Origin: the human T2T-CHM13v2.0 reference genome, Homo sapiens
Length of the DNA stretch: 64,000 bases
Strand: one strand, 5' to 3'
Assembly (NCBI RefSeq): GCF_009914755.1
Contig: NC_060925.1
Positions 12,801 through 32,075 of this stretch are shown here, in pieces. Position numbers and translations under genes: made by a program. Below the pieces are notes generated by a model. That model was not told the DNA's origin. It worked only from the letters and a program-made list of their open reading frames with translations, and did not search any database. Every line of letters starts with the position of its first letter. Position 1 is the first letter of the stretch.

Positions 12801-13011
12801 GTTTTTAAGCAGGAGAGTGTGATAAAATGTAGCGAATATTTCAGGGATAGAGAGAAATCCACTTGACTCCAACATAGGTGCATTTATACACATACTATCT
12901 GTATACATTAATCAAGGTTTTTAAGCAGGAGAGTGTGATAAAATGTAGAGAATGTTTCAGGGATGGAGAGAAATCCACTTGGCTCCAACATAGGTGCGTC
13001 TATACATATAC
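12801..13011. repeat. Local tandem duplication: two 95-bp copies (12801-12895, 12917-13011), 7 mismatches
   Basis: gtttttaagcaggagagtgtgataaaatgtag...tccaacataggtgc occurs twice with period 116. Confidence 0.95.
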
Positions 13012-13039
13012 ATCTGAGGGAATAGAAGATAAAATTGAA

Positions 13040-13940
13040 AGGAGAGATGAAGTCTAAGGCCTGGAGTGCCCCCTGACTAGGAAGATAGGGTTTAATTTGT
13101 TTGCCAGTGAGAATTTGCTGAAAAGTTTTTTACTAAGGAACCATAATCAGGGTTGTGCTTTAGAAAGATTAATTTAGCAGCAAGCAGACTATCAGAAAAG
13201 ATATCAGTTAAGGAGATCTTTGGGGTAGTATATGTGGAAAATGATAAAAGTCTGAATTACAGTAGTGGCAATAGAAATAAAGGAAGATAGGAGAGAGATT
13301 ATTGAGGTAGAACTTACTGGATTTAGGAACTGAATGTGTTTGGAACATTTGGAAGAAGAAAGGAAGCATCAGAGATGACTGATTTCCTCATGTATGATGA
13401 GGAGAATGATGATGTCATTAATATAAATATGAAATCCAGAGAGGGACCTGTGTTTGGTTGGAAGTGAGCAGTGAATAAGAGATATAATAAGTGATTTTAC
13501 ATATGTGATGAGGCAGGATATTTAAGCAGTTGGAAAGGGCTGTCAAGCTTGTAATCATGAATGCGTTTCAGGGAGAAGTTTTCAGATCGTATATGCTTAG
13601 AGAATAGAAACTATGGGCATGAATTAAATTGATGAAGGAGAATGTGTGGAGAGAAAAGATCAGAGAATCATTTCCTTTGACAGGAGAATTAAGGGCATCA
13701 TGTAAAGACACAAAGAAACAGTAAGAGATAAAGAGGAGAATCAGGAAAATGTTATATTTTATCAGCCATGGAAGAAAAGTTTTAGAAGAAGAAGGAAGGC
13801 AGCGTGGTTGGGGAGAATGATAATTCAGATAAACCCCTTTGTCCAGTAGAAGTTGAGCAATCATTTTCAATTAGAGTTTTAGGAGAGTAATAAGGAAGTC
13901 AGATTGAATGTTGTTAAGGAGAGTATAAGTGGTAAGGAAG
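13040..13940 (-). mobile_element. L2 LINE fragment(s)
   Basis: Purine-rich degenerate L2 antisense pattern (gaaagattaatttagcagc, agtagtggcaatagaaat, tcagattgaatgttgttaaggagag). Confidence 0.55.
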
Positions 13941-14103
13941 TATACATTTGCCGCCTTCACTTTCTTAGCATCTATTCTCTCCTTATCAACTTTGAGAGTC
14001 AGAGAGGTAGTTGGGGGGTTTTGTTTGTAACCCAACTGTTCACCTTCTTCCTGCCACCCACTGATACTCTCCTCTGGTATATATTTGGGAAGGAAGGGGA
14101 TTT

Positions 14104-14124
14104 GCGTCTCCACCTGGTGGTTGC
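14104..14124 (-). promoter_or_regulatory. Candidate CTCF-binding motif
   Basis: Minus strand reads GCAACCACCAGGTGGAGACGC, close to the CTCF core CCACCAGGTGGCAG; motif only. Confidence 0.4.
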
Positions 14125-15525
14125 CCCTTGGCAAAGCTGCGTCTGCAGAAACTGCTGCTTTGTGGCTGATCACCCACCTAAGAGAACTGCTGGGCACAGT
14201 TCTCTTGGTAGGACTTCATTCATTTTCCTGTGTGAATAGAAAATAAATGACACACAAGGAAAGAGATGAATAGAGTAAGTTACACTTCTTATTGCTGTGA
14301 CCCTTTGGTCTGCATGTGACCATCACACAAGTTTACAAAGGTTAAACTTGACTAATGTGAGTTAACTAAAGGGAATCACAAGGTAGAAGGAAAAATATTT
14401 TAAAATATACAGTTTTTACATGGCATAATATTTACCTCATTAATGCTAATAAGGAACCTTTAGTGTATTTCTCAACAGCCTGAGTAATTCCAGTTGAGAA
14501 GCTTTGGAACAGCCAAAGCTTCTCTACTCCTACAAATCTGCAGGAGTAGAGAAGATTAGAGAGGACCTGAAGAGGTATTAGGAGAGACCAGTGCAAGAGA
14601 ACTTTTACCAGGTAGCGAGTACTGCCATTTATTGAGTTCCTACTACGTGCCTCAGTCTGTTTCTGTTATGCTGTCATATTTAATTTTCATTGCCATGTAT
14701 TGTGGTAGGTAAGATTCTACAGAATTTAAGTGACTTTAAGTTGATTTTTTTAACCCAAAGTCACACAGCAAGATAAAAACTATACTTGTCAAGTTGACAG
14801 CGAAATTAATGTTATTTGGCTTTCATTAGGTCATCACTGCTACTTTAGTAGTCTCCCTAAGTCTATTTCATACAAGATGAATCCCTTCAGTTGGTCCTTT
14901 AGAGCAGGTTATATGTTATAAATCTGAAATACACATATTCTAGAAAAAGTAGGAAAATGTAATGGCATATTTGTTGATCATGTTTTCTCCTCTAGGTGGC
15001 CATATTAATCTTCTGGGTTTTTTTTTGGAACTACAAAAGGGATGATATCTGTAAGAAATTTTTCTAGAAAAAAGAAACATTAAAATAATTTATTAAATCC
15101 TTTTGTTCACAGTTTTAATTTATTTTTACTGTGTTGTGCTTAAAATTAAGGGCATTTTCTGATAAACCTCTCTTATTTTTAAAAAGGTCAGTGTCAAAAT
15201 ATGGTTCGTGGATATCCCATTTAATTGATGAGCTAGACCAACCTCTGAAATTTCACTCATGCTAATTAATACTTTCTATTTTTATATTAGGAGAAGCTTA
15301 TTAAAGATGATTCTATATGAAGATCAAGTTCAGTGTAAAATTACTAGAATGTCTTTTGTTATTGATAGCTTTTTATTATTAGTTTACCATAGAGATTACG
15401 TAGCTATACTTATGTATTATGGAAAGCTGTATTATTAAATTTACATTATTTATTTTGGGAGCAAGTTAATGTAAAACCCACTGAAAAATAATTTTCAGCA
15501 TCACTTATGTCTTAGGGTATATAGC

Positions 15526-15527
<2 letters not shown>

Positions 15528-15565
<38 letters not shown>
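15528..15565. repeat. (CA)n microsatellite, about 19 units
   Basis: Direct reading. Confidence 0.97.
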
Positions 15566-15569
<4 letters not shown>

Positions 15570-15893
15570 CCCTACTTGTCATTCTCTTTCTGTTATAGCT
15601 ATATCACAAACTTCATTCTATTAATTTTGTTATCTTAAAATTAGGACTACCAAAATACATTTATTTATTCCTTTTATTTATATTTTGCTTTTATAATAAT
15701 TTAATATTTAAGAGTAATAGATTGTTTATATTTCCTTTAAGTCCATTTTAACTGTTATATTAAAAATTGTTTTATTAATTTTCGTAATTTCTTTGCAAAG
15801 TGGAAAAGTACTAAAAATTCTCTCTGTATTTTCCAGAATTCTTTGATATAAAAATAGTGTAGTGACTTTGCATAGTTAAAGTTAGGTATATTA

Positions 15894-16554
15894 CATTTGA
15901 CTCTTGAATAACCCAGGAGTTAGAGGCACTGATCCCCCCATTCAGTCAGAAATTCACATATAATTTTTGATTCACCAGAAACTTAACTACTGATAGCCAG
16001 CTGTTGACTGGAAGCCTTTATTGATAATATTAAGTCAATTAATGCATATTTTTAATTTTATCTGTATTTATGCTGTATTATTACAGTAAAGTAAGCTAGA
16101 AAAAAGAAAATGTTATTAAGAAAATTATAAGGGGACTTGGGCGCAGTGGCTCATGCCTATAATGTCTCTACAAAAAATTTTGAAAAACTAGCCGAGCCTA
16201 GTGGCCCATGCCTGTAACCTTAATTTCTCAGGATGCCAAGTCGGGAGGACCACTTAAGCCCAGGAGTTTGAGGTTGCAGTGAACTGTGATCATGCAACTA
16301 CACTCCAGCATAGGCAACAGAGTGAGACCCTGTTCCCAAAAAAAAAAAAAGTCATAAGGAAAAGAAAATAAATTTACTGTTCATTAAGTGGACATGGATT
16401 ATCAAAAAGGTCTTCATTCTTGTCTTCATGTTGAGTAGGCTGAGGAGGAAGAGGAGGGGTTGGTCTTGCTGTCTCATCCATCCCAGAGATGGATGAAAAT
16501 CTATTCATAACTACACTCGCACAGTTCAAACTCCTGTTGTTCAAGGGTCAACCA
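15894..16554. mobile_element. Tigger2a-like TcMar DNA transposon interrupted by an Alu
   Basis: Terminal inverted repeats catttgactcttgaataac ... gttgttcaagggtcaacca, flanked by TA. Confidence 0.8.
16132..16350 (+). mobile_element. AluJ-like element with internal left-arm deletion, inserted in the Tigger
   Basis: gggcgcagtggctcatgcctataat joined directly to gtctctacaaaaaa; right arm and A tail present. Confidence 0.85.
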
Positions 16555-16799
16555 TACATGTTTATTTAGATTTTGGGTAAGCTTTTTTCTTAATTTCAGA
16601 TTTTTGTTTATGAACATCTCTCCTCTAAGGAATTCTTTATCGTGTGTATTATTTTTAAAATATGGCCAATTTGAAGGGGAAATAATCTTGACTCTTTTTA
16701 CTGCATCTTTGGTGTTTTGGAGATCTTTTTATGTGATGGGATTAATTCCTCCCAATAGTGTAGAATTTTATTTTATTTTTTACATCTACAGTATTTTTC

Positions 16800-19630
<2,831 letters not shown>

Positions 19631-19824
19631 AGGTGAGGAGTGTTTTAGGAAAGCATGTCAACTTTCTCTGTTGTTGGGATTCATGCATGTCTGTGTGTGG
19701 CTGTTGCACAGGGAGGAGCGTCTGAGAGAAGATCACTCACAAGAACAGTTTCTTGAGAGAGGTTTAGGAACCAGACATGGTGAACTTGGCTCAGTAATAA
19801 AACTAATTAGTATGGGAAGGCAGT

Positions 19825-20070
19825 GTTTTGTTTGTTTTGTTTTGTTTTGTTTTGTTTTGTTTTGTTGAGACAGGTTCTCACTCATTTGCCCAGGCTGGAG
19901 TGCAGTGGCACAATGATGGCTCACTGCAACCTTGACCTCCTGGGCTCAAGCAATCTTCCACCTTGGTCTCCTGAGTAACTAGGACTACAGGCGTGCACCA
20001 CCATGCCTGTCTTTTTTTTTTTTTTTTTTTTTGGTAGAGATTGGGGGTTTCTCCACGTTGCCCAGGATGG
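19825..20070 (-). mobile_element. 5'-truncated AluJ-like element with (TTTTG)n tail
   Basis: Right arm, T tract and partial left arm. Confidence 0.85.
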
Positions 20071-20079
20071 GGCAGTTTT

Positions 20080-20660
20080 CAATATAGCTTGCTATCTGTA
20101 TCTGTTGATAGTATCATATGGTTTTTCTTCTTCAGCCATATGTGATGGATAGATTACATTCATTCATTTTCAGATGTTGAACCAGCCTGGCATACCTGGA
20201 ATAAAACCCAGTTGGTTGTGGTTTTTATTCATTATTGGACTTGATTTGCTAATGATTTGTTTGGGATTTTTGAATCTTTCTTCATGGAGATATTGGTCTG
20301 TAGTTTTCTTTTCTTGTAATGTCTTTGGTATTAGGGTGATGCTGGCCTCATAGGATGAGTTAGGAAATATTCACTCTACTTCTCTCTTCTGAAAGAGAGT
20401 GTACAGAATTGAAGTAATTTTTCTCATAAATGCTTGGTAGAATTTACCACTGAATCCAAAATTTCTGCTTTGGAAAGTTATTAATAATTGATGCAATTTT
20501 TAAATAGATACATACCTATTCAGGTCGTCTGTTTCTTCTTGTGTGAGTTTTGGAATATTGTGTGTTTTAATGAATTGGTTTATTTCACCTAGGTCATCAA
20601 ATTTGTAGGCATAGAGTTGTTTATAATATTCCTTTGTTATCCTTTAATATCATTGTGGCC
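20080..20660 (-). mobile_element. Old L1M ORF2 fragment
   Basis: gagatattggtctgtagttttcttttcttgtaatgtc...gatgctggcctcataggatgagttagga L1 ORF2 antisense motifs. Confidence 0.7.
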
Positions 20661-22959
20661 AGTTGTGGTGGAGATTGCTATCTCTTTCTCAGGTTGTTTT
20701 CTTGTTATAGCTTTTACCTGATTAATGCCTGAGTTTTGTGAAGAGCAAGGGGGCCATTGTAAGACCTCAAAAACCTGTTTTAATAAATCCTGTAATGCCC
20801 ACCTATTGTTGTTTAGGGATTTTTTCTAAAAGAAGGTAACAAGAAGGAGGGGAATTTATTCTTTCTCTCTTTGCTATGGACTACTATGCACTTTAGCATC
20901 TTCAGGACAAATAAGGGACAACTAGCAGAGAATGACTATGCCCGGAAGTAGAACAGGAAAGTAATACCTGGTGGAGCATTTAAATGCCATGGCAGAGTTA
21001 AGTATCTTCCTTTTTTCTCTTCTTCATATGGTGATTTTTTTTTCACAGAGAAGGATATCATTGGAATCAACTGAAGATGCTAGATTAAGAAAGATTAAGT
21101 ACACTGCCATCTAACTCAGATATTTTTGTATAGTACCGACATAACAGAATGGTATCAATGCAGTTGAATTTCAGTAGCATACCAGCTGCTTCCATAGCCT
21201 TAGGAAAAATAATTAAATAAGCAGTGTTTTCTACCAGTTCTTCCTACTTTGGTCTCTTGTATTACCTTTTTATCACCATCTTTTACCTTTAGATTGCCCT
21301 AAGCACTTCATCAGGTTTGTCCCACACCAGGTATCTCTTACTCTCAAATCATGTTTTCCTCTCTTGCCAGTAGAAAGATTCTTTACCACTAGAAGTTTCC
21401 AAGTTATCATTTATTTCCTTTCTAAAAATGGAAGTAAAAAGGGGGAGCAGAGGAAAACCTAGCTTGAGTTAGAGTATTAAACCATGTGAAATCATACTTG
21501 TTTGTTTATGATATTAACTCCTCATACCTGCTTCTTTCATTTTTTCATTAAAGTGACTCTGACTCTAGTACCCAGTAAAAAAAAAAAACCCATCATTGAG
21601 AAGTAGAGTGTAAATATTAATAGTTACAAATAAATACTGTAGCAGAAGAATATATCAATTCTGTTTTTTTATTTAAATACTTACTATGAAGACAATAATT
21701 AGAAACTGATTAATTTAGCTATACTGTTCTCCTAGTTTACTCTTCCATGTTTTCCATTCTACTAATTGTGATAGAAGCGTACCTATACGTTTGCACTATT
21801 TATTTAAGTATTCTCTAAATTTGTTCATAGTACTCCCCAAATTATTGCATTTTCAATTTTTTTTTTGCCTTAAAACTGAGTTTTAATACGGGACAGGATC
21901 ATTCAGATATTCTTTCTTTCCAGTTACTGCTGTCGTACAAACTAGAATAAGAATTAGGGGAGACAAAAAAAGTAGAAGTCAGTTATAATAGCAAAAACCT
22001 ACACTGAAATGTTCAGATGATAATGTCAGAAGAACATGTCCTGTCTGTCCTCTCTTGAGGCAGATATTAATCATGGTTTGAGTTTTGAGAAGCAAAAAGA
22101 AAAGAGACCTGACTGAATGCAAATTTTATTGGACAATAGGGATAGACCATGAGAGTTGAGTTAAAGATATAAGTATATAAATTATACATTATGGTAATAT
22201 GTTTCTCTGGCTTCATTCATGTTAAATAATTACAGAGCCATTTTAAAGAGGTAAATATCAACTGAATATCATTAGTTTTGGGTGAAATGGAATTGAGGTT
22301 CTATTTATTTTAATGTGTAATTCTGAAAAATCTTTCGTCTAAGCAGTCTTCATGTGGAGCTCTCTTTTTGAGATTTCCTACCTTTGAGAAATAAATTACA
22401 TTGAAATCTTTGATGTGTGAGTCAAAAATTACCTTGAGAATATGAGGTGTTTTGACGCCTTAGAATATCTCTTTCATTTTGCTTGATATGTACTCATAAG
22501 GGTAAAGATTTTCCTAGAAGATCAGATTATATTTCAGTCTGAGTTGTTGAAATGCCATCCACCAAAAGTAAGATCATTTAAATGGATTTTGAGTCTCAGT
22601 AAGGCAGTTATTTACTATCCAGATAGTTATGAAAAAAGCTTTTAGCTTTTTATAATTTAACCAATCTTTTAGTCATTGTGCCTTGATTTTAGTAGGTAAG
22701 TGAAAAACGTATCATGGGATTTTGGTCATTGGTAACTTTGGAAATGCTTCTTTAAGTATAAATTTAATAAAGCATAACACTTTATAAGGAAAATATTTAC
22801 ACCCTTAAACATTTTTACTTGTTTCTCAAAGAAAGAATATACCCTTAAACTTTTTTATAATTTCATAGTGAACAGCTTTTTAAAGATGATGGATTACAAT
22901 ATTTTGGAAGTCTGAAAAATCTGTATTTTTAGTACACTAATAAAAAGTATAGTTCTGCA

Positions 22960-23210
22960 AATAACAATAGCTATAATTTATGAATGATTATGTGGTAAAC
23001 ACTATTGTAAACATTTTACATAAATTAACTAATTTAATCTTCATAATAACCGTTAAGAGACAAGTTCTGTTAGTGTCCATATTTTGAAGATGAGGAAACT
23101 GAAGCACAATGAGGTTAAGGAACTTAGGTCTAAGGTTAATACAAGTGTATGGCAGGGCCAAAATTTAAACACACAGTGTCTGCCCTCAGAGCTAATGCAC
23201 CAAACTTCTC
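22960..23210 (-). mobile_element. MIR SINE
   Basis: atttaatcttcataataacc...ttttgaagatgaggaaactgaagcacaatgaggttaaggaactt MIR core. Confidence 0.75.
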
Positions 23211-23359
23211 CACTGAAATAACTTAGATAACATAATATGAGAAAATGTTCTTTTGTGTAACTGTTACACCCAAGTAAATCTTTATTGCTGCTTTATTTTT
23301 ATTGTGTAAGTAGTACATGTTCATTATAGAAAAATCAGAAGTTAAATTTTATATAAATA

Positions 23360-28302
<4,943 letters not shown>

Positions 28303-29451
28303 CCAATCAAGATGGATTAAAGACTTAAACGTAAGACCTAAAACCATAAAAGCCCTAGAGGAAAACCTAGGCAATACCATTCAGGACATAGGCATGGGCA
28401 AAGATTTCATGACTAAAACACCAAAAGCAATGGCAACAGAAGCCAAAATTGACAAAAGGGATCTAATTAAACTAGAGAGCTTCTTCACAGCAAAAGAAAC
28501 TGTCATCAGAGTGAACAGGCACCCTACAGGATGGGAGAAAATTTTTGCAATCTGTCCATCTGACAAAGGACTAATATCCAGAATCTACAAAGCACTTAAA
28601 TTTACAAGAAAAAACAAACAACTTCATCGAAAACTGGGTGAAGGATATGAACAGACACTTCTCAAAAGAAGACATTTATGTGGCCAAAGAACATATGCAA
28701 AAAAGCTCATCATCACTCGTTATTAGAGAAATGCAAATCAAAACCACAATGAGATACCATTTCACGCCAGTTAGAATGGTGATCATTGAAAAGTCAGGAA
28801 ACAACAGATGCTGGAGAGGTTGTGGAGAAGTAGGAACACTTTTACACTGTTGGTGGGAGTGTAAATGCGTTCAACCATTGTGGAAGACAGTGTGGTGATT
28901 TCCTCAAGGATGTAGAACCAGAAATACCGTTAGACTCAGCAATCCCATTCCCAAAGGATTATAAATCATTCTACTATAAAGACACATGCACACATATGTT
29001 TATTGCAGCACTGTTCACAATAGCAAAGACTTGGAACCAACCCAGATACCCACCAATGATAGACTGGGTTAAGAAAATGTGGCACATATACACCATGGAA
29101 TACTATGCAGCCATAAAAAGGATGAGTTCATGTCCTTTGCAGGGACATGGATGAAGCTGGAAACCATCATTCTCAGCAAACTAACACAGGAACAGAAAAC
29201 CAAACACAGCATGTTCTCACTCATAAGTGGGAGTTAAACAATGAGAACACATGGACACAGGGAGGGGAACATCACACACTGGGATCTGTCGGGGGGTGAG
29301 GGGCTAGGGGAGGTCTAGCATTAGGAGAAATACCTAATGTAGAAGACGGGTTGATGGATGCAGCACACCACCATGGCACGTGTAAACCTATGCAACCTTC
29401 ACGTTCTGCACATGTAACCCAGAACTTAAAGTGTAATTTAAAAAAAAAAAA
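28303..29451 (+). mobile_element. 5'-truncated L1PA (L1PA7-10-like), sense, with poly(A)
   Basis: ORF2 C-terminal peptide [15 protein letters not shown]...; L1PA 3'UTR; A tail 29440-29451. Confidence 0.92.
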
Positions 29452-30667
29452 GAAACCAAAGTGATATTAGCTCTACATAGATGTTTATACATTGTTCATT
29501 TATACATGTTACATTGTCCTTATAAATAAATGGACGTAGGATCAGACTTTAAAATCTAATCTGTGTGTAACTATAGGAGTTTCTGAACTTAGTAAGAATT
29601 AATTCTATGTCTTTATGGTATGCATCTTCCAGCAGCACTGGTTCCTAAAGTCATTTAGTCAGGAATCCCCTGTAGTCAAAATGATCTTTGAAAATTCCTA
29701 AATGGGTTTGTGTATGTAACTGTATAATAATTCTAAAGTTTGAAGACTATTTGGTCTTCTAAAAATGAATAAAAATAAGCTCTCAATGCAAACAAATAAA
29801 TAAATAAAAAGGGGTTCTCTATTTAGGGCCTGTCTCCAGCCCCAGATAGCTGGGCTTCCATGATCTCTGTTCTTCTACGGGAGTGGCCTGCAGTGCAACA
29901 CCAATATGGTGCCTGTGGTGGCTTCCATTGCCACCTTTAGTTTTTTTCAGAGCCAGTAAAGGCTGCAGTTACCATAAGGAGCTACACAAAGGAAATGTGG
30001 GCAGTCAGCAGATGGCCTCAACCTGGGTAGGACAGATGGACATTGAACATTTGCCCACTGGGATGCCGGTGCCAAAGATGTCTCCTCTGATGTTGGGAAA
30101 ACATGTAAGGATAGGGCCTAGAGAACTGGTGAGTTTAACAGCAGTCCCTACCCAGGGCTCCTGAGGGAGCCAGATAGGAGGCTTTAGGTCAACCCTCTTG
30201 AGTCTTTGTGGTGTTCAGCAGGAGGGACTTATGGTGGCTACTTGCTTGGGCACCAAACAGCCTGAAAGAAGGTTTCCAAATGAGGAAATCAAAGCTATAC
30301 TCATACTGTGTGGCTGAATGTCAGCCCTGAGTTGATCACTGATTTTAATTTGATTATTAGTTAAATAGGTGAAGCCCTATAATTTACAAAAAATTTTCTA
30401 AAGGAAGCATGCATGTGGGATGCAGAGGTGAATATATGCAGTACATTAATGCTTAATATTAATAACTGTTACTAGGAGATGTATAGCATACACTAAGTGA
30501 AAAAAGCAAAGTGTAGAACAATTCGTATACTATACTACCTTTTATCTAGAAAGGGGGAATATGTTTGTATTTGCTTATTGTTAAAAACAGTAGAAGAAAT
30601 CATAAACTTAAAAATAAATACTCATGAGGGAGGAAACAAGGTGGAGGAGACAGCAGAGACCCTACTA

Positions 30668-31085
30668 CTTGGGTCTGGTGAGACAGAATACTCTTACAAG
30701 TTAGGCAAAGCAACTTTATTACTCACAGATAGGCAGCAGGATAAACAGAAGCCAGGGATCCATGGTGAGCCAGTCCCCCAGGATTTAGGAAAGCTGCCCT
30801 AGGTAGATAGAGTCTTGTCTGTGTATGCCTCTTGTTGCAGCACAACTGAGGGACCTCAAAAGCACTCTGCTCTGGGTTTTATATCCCAGCATGACTGGGA
30901 TCACTGAGCCAAGCGTTGCTTAGTGATAGGAGGAATGAGGAGCCTGGGTTTTTCTGGACAGTTTCTTACCTTAGGATGTTGCATTCTGAGTGCATTCTAC
31001 AGTTATTCTCACAACTGCAAGCAGGAGAGGCAGGGGAAGGGCTGAGTGGACCAAGGCCATCTGGGGACCTGTCCTCCTGCATGGA
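30668..31085 (-). mobile_element. LTR relic (MER54-like) within an old L1M fragment
   Basis: ggtgagacagaatactc...aaagcaactttattactcacagataggcagc...tctgggttttatatccc resembles recalled MER54; antisense poly(A) signal and TATA. Confidence 0.5.
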
Positions 31086-31259
31086 CAGGGATAGAAACTA
31101 GACTTCTGTGACAAACCTTGTTTACATAGTAATAAAGCAAAATTAAATTTACAAACACATTTCCTAAAACCAAAAGCACAGTGAAACAAATGAGCTTAAC
31201 CCTGTCTTGAATTACTTTAACCATACAGAGAAGGATGTTTAATTAAAAAATAAGTGGAA

Positions 31260-32075
31260 GTTTCTTTTGCTGTGCAGAAGCTCTTTAATTAGCTCCCATT
31301 TGTCAATTTGGCTTTTGTTGCCATTGCTTTTGGTGTTTTAGTCATGAAGTCTTTGTCCATGCCTATGTCCTGAATGGTATTGCCTAGGTTTTCTTCTAGA
31401 GTTTTTATGGTTTTAGGTCTTACATTTAAATCTTTAATCCATCTTGAGTTAATTTTTGTATAAGGTGTAAGGAAGGGATACAGTTTCAGTTTTCTGCTTA
31501 TGGCTAGCCAGTTTTCCCAACACCATTTATTAAATAGGGAATCCTTTCCCCATTGCTTGTTTTTGTCAGGTTTGTCAAAGATCAGATGGTTGTAGATGTA
31601 TGGCGTGAAGGCCTCTGTTCTGTTCCATTGGTCTATGTATCTGTTTTGGTACCAGTACCATGCTGTTTTGGTTACTGTAGCCTTGTAATATAGTTTGAAG
31701 TCAGGTAGCATGATGCCTCCAGCTTTGTTCTTTTTGCTTAGGATTGTCTTGGCTATACAGGCTCTTTTTTGGTTCCATATGAAATTTAAGTAGTTTTTTC
31801 TAATTCTGTGAAGAAAGTCAATGATAGCGTGATGAGGATAGCATTGAATCTATCAATTACTTTGGGCAATATGGCCATTTTCACGATATTGATTCTTCCT
31901 ATCCATGAGCATGGAATGTTTTTCCATTTGTTTGTGTCCTCTTTTATTTCCTTGAGTAGTGGTTTGTAGTTCTCCTTGAAGAGGTCCTTCACATCCCTTG
32001 TAAGTTGTATTCCTAGGTATTTTATTCTCTTTGTAGCAGTTGTGAATGGGAGTTCACTCATGATTTGGCTCTCTG
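31260..32075 (-). mobile_element. L1PA internal ORF2 fragment, antisense, without 3'UTR or poly(A)
   Basis: ORFs 31289-31711 ([23 protein letters not shown]) and 31786-32103 are L1 ORF2. Confidence 0.92.

Noticed and set aside
13871-14239. Overlapping 108/111-aa ORFs as a possible processed pseudogene
   Set aside because: Non-ATG starts, no recognisable protein, no poly(A) or TSD; kept only as a regulatory candidate.
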